Source: an uncultured Christensenellaceae bacterium
Lineage (GTDB): Bacteria > Bacillota > Clostridia > Christensenellales > UBA1242
NCBI GenBank assembly: GCA_910587225.1
Contig: CAJULT010000002.1
Span: forward strand, 26,963-90,962
Direction of reading: 5' to 3'
DNA: 64,000 nt
Below are positions 60,883-64,000 of this stretch, piece after piece; within the stretch, counting starts at the first letter, position 1, and each line of letters begins with the position of its first letter. The notes beneath the pieces were generated by a model. That model made no database searches, was not told the origin of the DNA, and saw only the letters and a program-made list of their open reading frames with translations. The position numbers and the translations under genes are program-made.

Positions 60883-63426
60883 ATGGAAAAATACGAAAAT
60901 AAAAAATCCTTGGAAGAAATCTTTCAAAACACAAAAATTGAAAAAGTTGATACCTCTTGGGAACTTAAACATTCCTTCATCTCCTACGCAATGGCGGTTA
61001 ACGTATCTCGTGCAATCCCAGATGTAAGGGACGGATTGAAACCGGTTCATAGACGCATACTTTTCGCAATGGGCGAGCTTAACAATTTCTACGACCGCCC
61101 AACTAAAAAATCTGCACGTATCGTGGGTGATGTTATGGGTAAATACCACCCTCACGGAGATAGTTCGGTTTACGACGCTATGGTGCGTCTTGCACAAGAC
61201 TTCTCAATTCGTTATCCACTTGTGGACGGACAGGGTAACTTTGGTTCGGTAGACGGCGACCCTCCAGCAGCTCAGCGTTACACTGAGGCAAGGCTTTCTA
61301 AAATTGCTGGACTTATGCTAGAAGATATCGACAAAGACACTGTAAACTTCTACCCTAACTTTGATAACACTCTTATGCAGCCAGAAGTACTGCCTGCCAA
61401 AATCCCTAACCTGCTTATAAACGGCGCAGACGGCATTGCAGTGGGTATGGCGACAAATATACCACCTCACAACTTAAAAGAGGTTTTAAATGGCTTGCAG
61501 GCGCTTATAGACAATCCTGACATTGAAATAGATGACCTTATCAAATACATCCCTGCCCCAGACTACCCAACAGGTGGAATTATCATGGGACGTAGTGCAG
61601 TTAAACACGCATACAAAACTGGGCGGGGCGGAATTGTTGTACGCGGCAGAGCAGAAATTGAAGATATGCCAAACGGCAGAAGCCGAATTGTGATAACCGA
61701 ACTTCCTTATATGGTAAATAAGGCACAATTCATTGTTCAAATGGCAGAGCTTGTTAAAAACAAACGCATTGAAGGCATCAGCGATATTCGCGAAGAAAGC
61801 GACCGCGAAGGTATGCGTATTGTAGTTGATATTAAAAAGGATGCAAATCCACAGGTTGTGTTAAATGCTCTTTACAAGCATACTCAACTTCAAAAAGGAA
61901 GCGGAATTATCTTCCTTGCGCTTGTTAACAACCAGCCAAAAATCTTGAACTTAAAAGAAATGCTTTTCTACTATCTTGAACATCAAAAAGCAGTTCTTGT
62001 AAGAAAGACACAATTTGACCTTAACAAAGCTGAAGAGCGTGAACATATTGTTAAAGGCCTTGTAATCGCGCTTGCAAACATAGACGAAGTTATTAAAATA
62101 ATCAAATCTTCTAAGGATAAGCAGGACGCTTCTGAGCGCTTAATTTCAAGTTTTGAGCTTGACGAAATCCAAGTGAATGCTATTCTTGAAATGAGACTTT
62201 CAAAACTCACCTCTCTTGAAGTTGAGAAACTCAGACAAGAACTTAGCGAACTTGACGCTCAAATCGCAGACTATAAAGACATTCTCGCAAGACCAGAACG
62301 AGTACTTGCAATCCTGCGTGACAATTTCGAACAAATTAAAAATCAATACGGTGACGAGCGCAAAACTGAAATCAGTCTTGAAGCCGGCGGAATTGATATT
62401 GCAGACCTTATCGCAGAGGAAAATGTGGTTATTTCAATGACCCATGAGGGTTATATCAAGCGTATGTCGACCAGCGAGTATAAGAGCCAAAACCGTGGTG
62501 GTGTTGGCGTAACCGCTCACAAGACTAAGGAAGAAGACTTTGTTGAACGTATGTTTATCACCTCTACTCATGATGACTTATTGTTCTTTACAAACTTTGG
62601 TAAAGTTTACTGTATAAAGGCTTATGAAGTGCCAGAGGCTGCTAGAACAGCCAAAGGACGCGCCGTAATCAACCTATTGCAGCTGGGCCCTGAGGAAAAG
62701 GTAACAACCATCATTCCTCGCAAAGCTGACGCAGAGGGAAATCTGATAATGGCAACCAAATATGGACTTATCAAAAAGACTGTTCTTAGTGAGTTTGATT
62801 CAATTCGCAAAGGCGGCAAAATTGCAATAAGACTTGTAGAAGGCGATCAACTTATCGGCGTAGAAGTTTCAAGTGGCGAAGATGATATCTTAATCGCAAG
62901 CCATGATGGAAAGGCTATTCGCTTTGCCGAAAAAGATGTGCGAAATGTAGGCCGTGACAGCCAAGGCGTGCGCAGTCTGAAACTTACAGGCGATGACTAT
63001 ATCGTAGATATGTGTATCGTTAAAGAAGGCTCGCAAATCATCACTATTAGTGAAAATGGTTATGGTAAACGCAGCAATGTAAGCGACTACCGCGTACAAG
63101 GTCGAGGCGGCATGGGCGTTAAGGCTGGCGTGTTCAATGAAAAGACCGGAAAGCTAACCGCTCTTCGTCAAGCCGAAAACGATTGCGATATTCTTCTTAT
63201 CGCAGATAGCGGCGTAATCATCCGCACCCCTCTTGATGGCATAAGCGTGCTTAACCGCGCAAGCCAAGGCGTGCGAATTATGAAACTTAAGGATGATGCC
63301 AAGATTGTAGCAGTTGCGCTCACCGAAAAAGAACCCGAAGAGCCAGAGCAATCTGACCAGCCAACCGAAACTGAACAAAATCAAGAAGTTTCAGAAGAAA
63401 CCACATCGCAAGCTAATGAAGAATAA
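60883..63426 (+). CDS. gyrA: DNA gyrase subunit A
   Basis: [11 protein letters not shown], active-site Tyr context [11 protein letters not shown]-terminal beta-pinwheel repeats and an acidic tail. Confidence 0.97.
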   Translation: MEKYENKKSLEEIFQNTKIEKVDTSWELKHSFISYAMAVNVSRAIPDVRDGLKPVHRRILFAMGELNNFYDRPTKKSARIVGDVMGKYHPHGDSSVYDAMVRLAQDFSIRYPLVDGQGNFGSVDGDPPAAQRYTEARLSKIAGLMLEDIDKDTVNFYPNFDNTLMQPEVLPAKIPNLLINGADGIAVGMATNIPPHNLKEVLNGLQALIDNPDIEIDDLIKYIPAPDYPTGGIIMGRSAVKHAYKTGRGGIVVRGRAEIEDMPNGRSRIVITELPYMVNKAQFIVQMAELVKNKRIEGISDIREESDREGMRIVVDIKKDANPQVVLNALYKHTQLQKGSGIIFLALVNNQPKILNLKEMLFYYLEHQKAVLVRKTQFDLNKAEEREHIVKGLVIALANIDEVIKIIKSSKDKQDASERLISSFELDEIQVNAILEMRLSKLTSLEVEKLRQELSELDAQIADYKDILARPERVLAILRDNFEQIKNQYGDERKTEISLEAGGIDIADLIAEENVVISMTHEGYIKRMSTSEYKSQNRGGVGVTAHKTKEEDFVERMFITSTHDDLLFFTNFGKVYCIKAYEVPEAARTAKGRAVINLLQLGPEEKVTTIIPRKADAEGNLIMATKYGLIKKTVLSEFDSIRKGGKIAIRLVEGDQLIGVEVSSGEDDILIASHDGKAIRFAEKDVRNVGRDSQGVRSLKLTGDDYIVDMCIVKEGSQIITISENGYGKRSNVSDYRVQGRGGMGVKAGVFNEKTGKLTALRQAENDCDILLIADSGVIIRTPLDGISVLNRASQGVRIMKLKDDAKIVAVALTEKEPEEPEQSDQPTETEQNQEVSEETTSQANEE

Positions 63427-63434
63427 ATAAAATT

Positions 63435-63465
63435 AAAAAAAGCAACTGCAAAGTTGCTTTTTTTG
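63435..63465 (+). terminator. Rho-independent terminator after gyrA
   Basis: AGCAACT-GCAA-AGTTGCT hairpin followed by T7. Confidence 0.85.
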
Positions 63466-63505
63466 TTCATTTATGATATAATATGCCCGAAAAATTGGAG
63501 GGAAG

Positions 63506-64000
63506 ATGGAAAAACAAGAGATAAACTATTTTGAAGGCGTAATTAAAAACATAAAAGGCAAAATAAAAAAACAGCAACTTAAACTTGAAAAGGTGGAAGA
63601 AGATTTCCAGCTTACAAAAAAAGACCTTGCCGACAACCGCCACGAAATAGAGCATGGCGGCGACCTTGCAAATAAATTTTCAGAACTTTCACTTTTGGAA
63701 GGGCAAACCATAGACATTGAAAACAACATTAAACGGCTAAATCGACAAAAGACAAGCCCATACTTCTCTCGCATTGATTTCACTCCCTCAGGCAAAGAAA
63801 CAGAAAAAATTTACATAGGATTATCCACTCTAAATGACGGAGAAAGCATTTACGTATACGACTGGCGCGCGCCAATCTCTTCTATGTACTATGATTTCAC
63901 GCTGGGAAGCGCCGCTTATAAAGTTGGTAAAAAATTATACTCAGGCGACATATCCTTAAAACGTCAATACAAAATTGAAAATAGCGAGCTTCTTGCATAC
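63506..64000 (+). CDS. helD: HelD/UvrD-like DNA helicase IV, N-terminal part (runs off the window)
   Basis: GGAGGGA RBS before ATG 63506. Open to the window end (165 codons). PYFSRIDF...IYIGLSTL...VYDWRAPISSMYYDF matches the HelD N-terminal region. Confidence 0.75.
   Translation, partial: MEKQEINYFEGVIKNIKGKIKKQQLKLEKVEEDFQLTKKDLADNRHEIEHGGDLANKFSELSLLEGQTIDIENNIKRLNRQKTSPYFSRIDFTPSGKETEKIYIGLSTLNDGESIYVYDWRAPISSMYYDFTLGSAAYKVGKKLYSGDISLKRQYKIENSELLAY

Noticed and set aside
1-64000. CRISPR arrays, rRNA genes, IS elements, integrases and prophage genes.
   Set aside because: No regularly spaced direct repeats, no rRNA-like conserved stretches, and no transposase, integrase or phage structural motifs were seen in any of the ORFs.

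Overview
AT-rich, standard-code chromosomal segment whose gene content and order fit a low-GC anaerobic Bacillota (Firmicutes) bacterium. I support about 70 protein genes and 3 tRNAs (Glu-UUC, Ser-CGA, initiator Met-CAU). I see no rRNA, CRISPR array, transposase, integrase or phage genes. The backbone is housekeeping: comFC, rubrerythrin, hup, lepB, queH, rpmG-secE-nusG-rplK-rplA, argS, recR-ybaB-dnaX, tpiA-pgk, dus, a MurJ/SpoVB-type flippase, rplI, prfA-prmC, rpmE, rpsF-ssb-rpsR, secA, ychF, mrnC-rlmB-(unknown)-sigH-metG, gyrB-gyrA and the start of helD. The items most worth a second look are: (1) dnaX is split at an A9 slippery tract, and a -1 shift fuses it to the next ORF. (2) A barnase-like RNase has a Cys-rich, signal-less N-domain and His in place of the catalytic Glu; two tandem barstar-like genes follow it, beside the initiator tRNA. 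(3) A 2802-aa C-tail-anchored surface protein lies opposite a GT2-TPR glycosyltransferase across an extreme AT tract, with three unknown helical proteins downstream. (4) Two tandem paralogous small 2-TM proteins. (5) Two GC-rich, ORF-free structured elements, at 8124-8330 and 40215-40348. (6) A degenerate DUF1385-PrmC fusion. (7) A MetRS with KASSS in place of KMSKS. (8) A 1037-aa TM-hairpin coiled-coil protein. I could not single out one system as the novel one. All product calls come from motif recognition by eye; no database search or RNA folding program was run, and coordinates adjusted away from the ORF track are based on RBS, promoter or terminator context.
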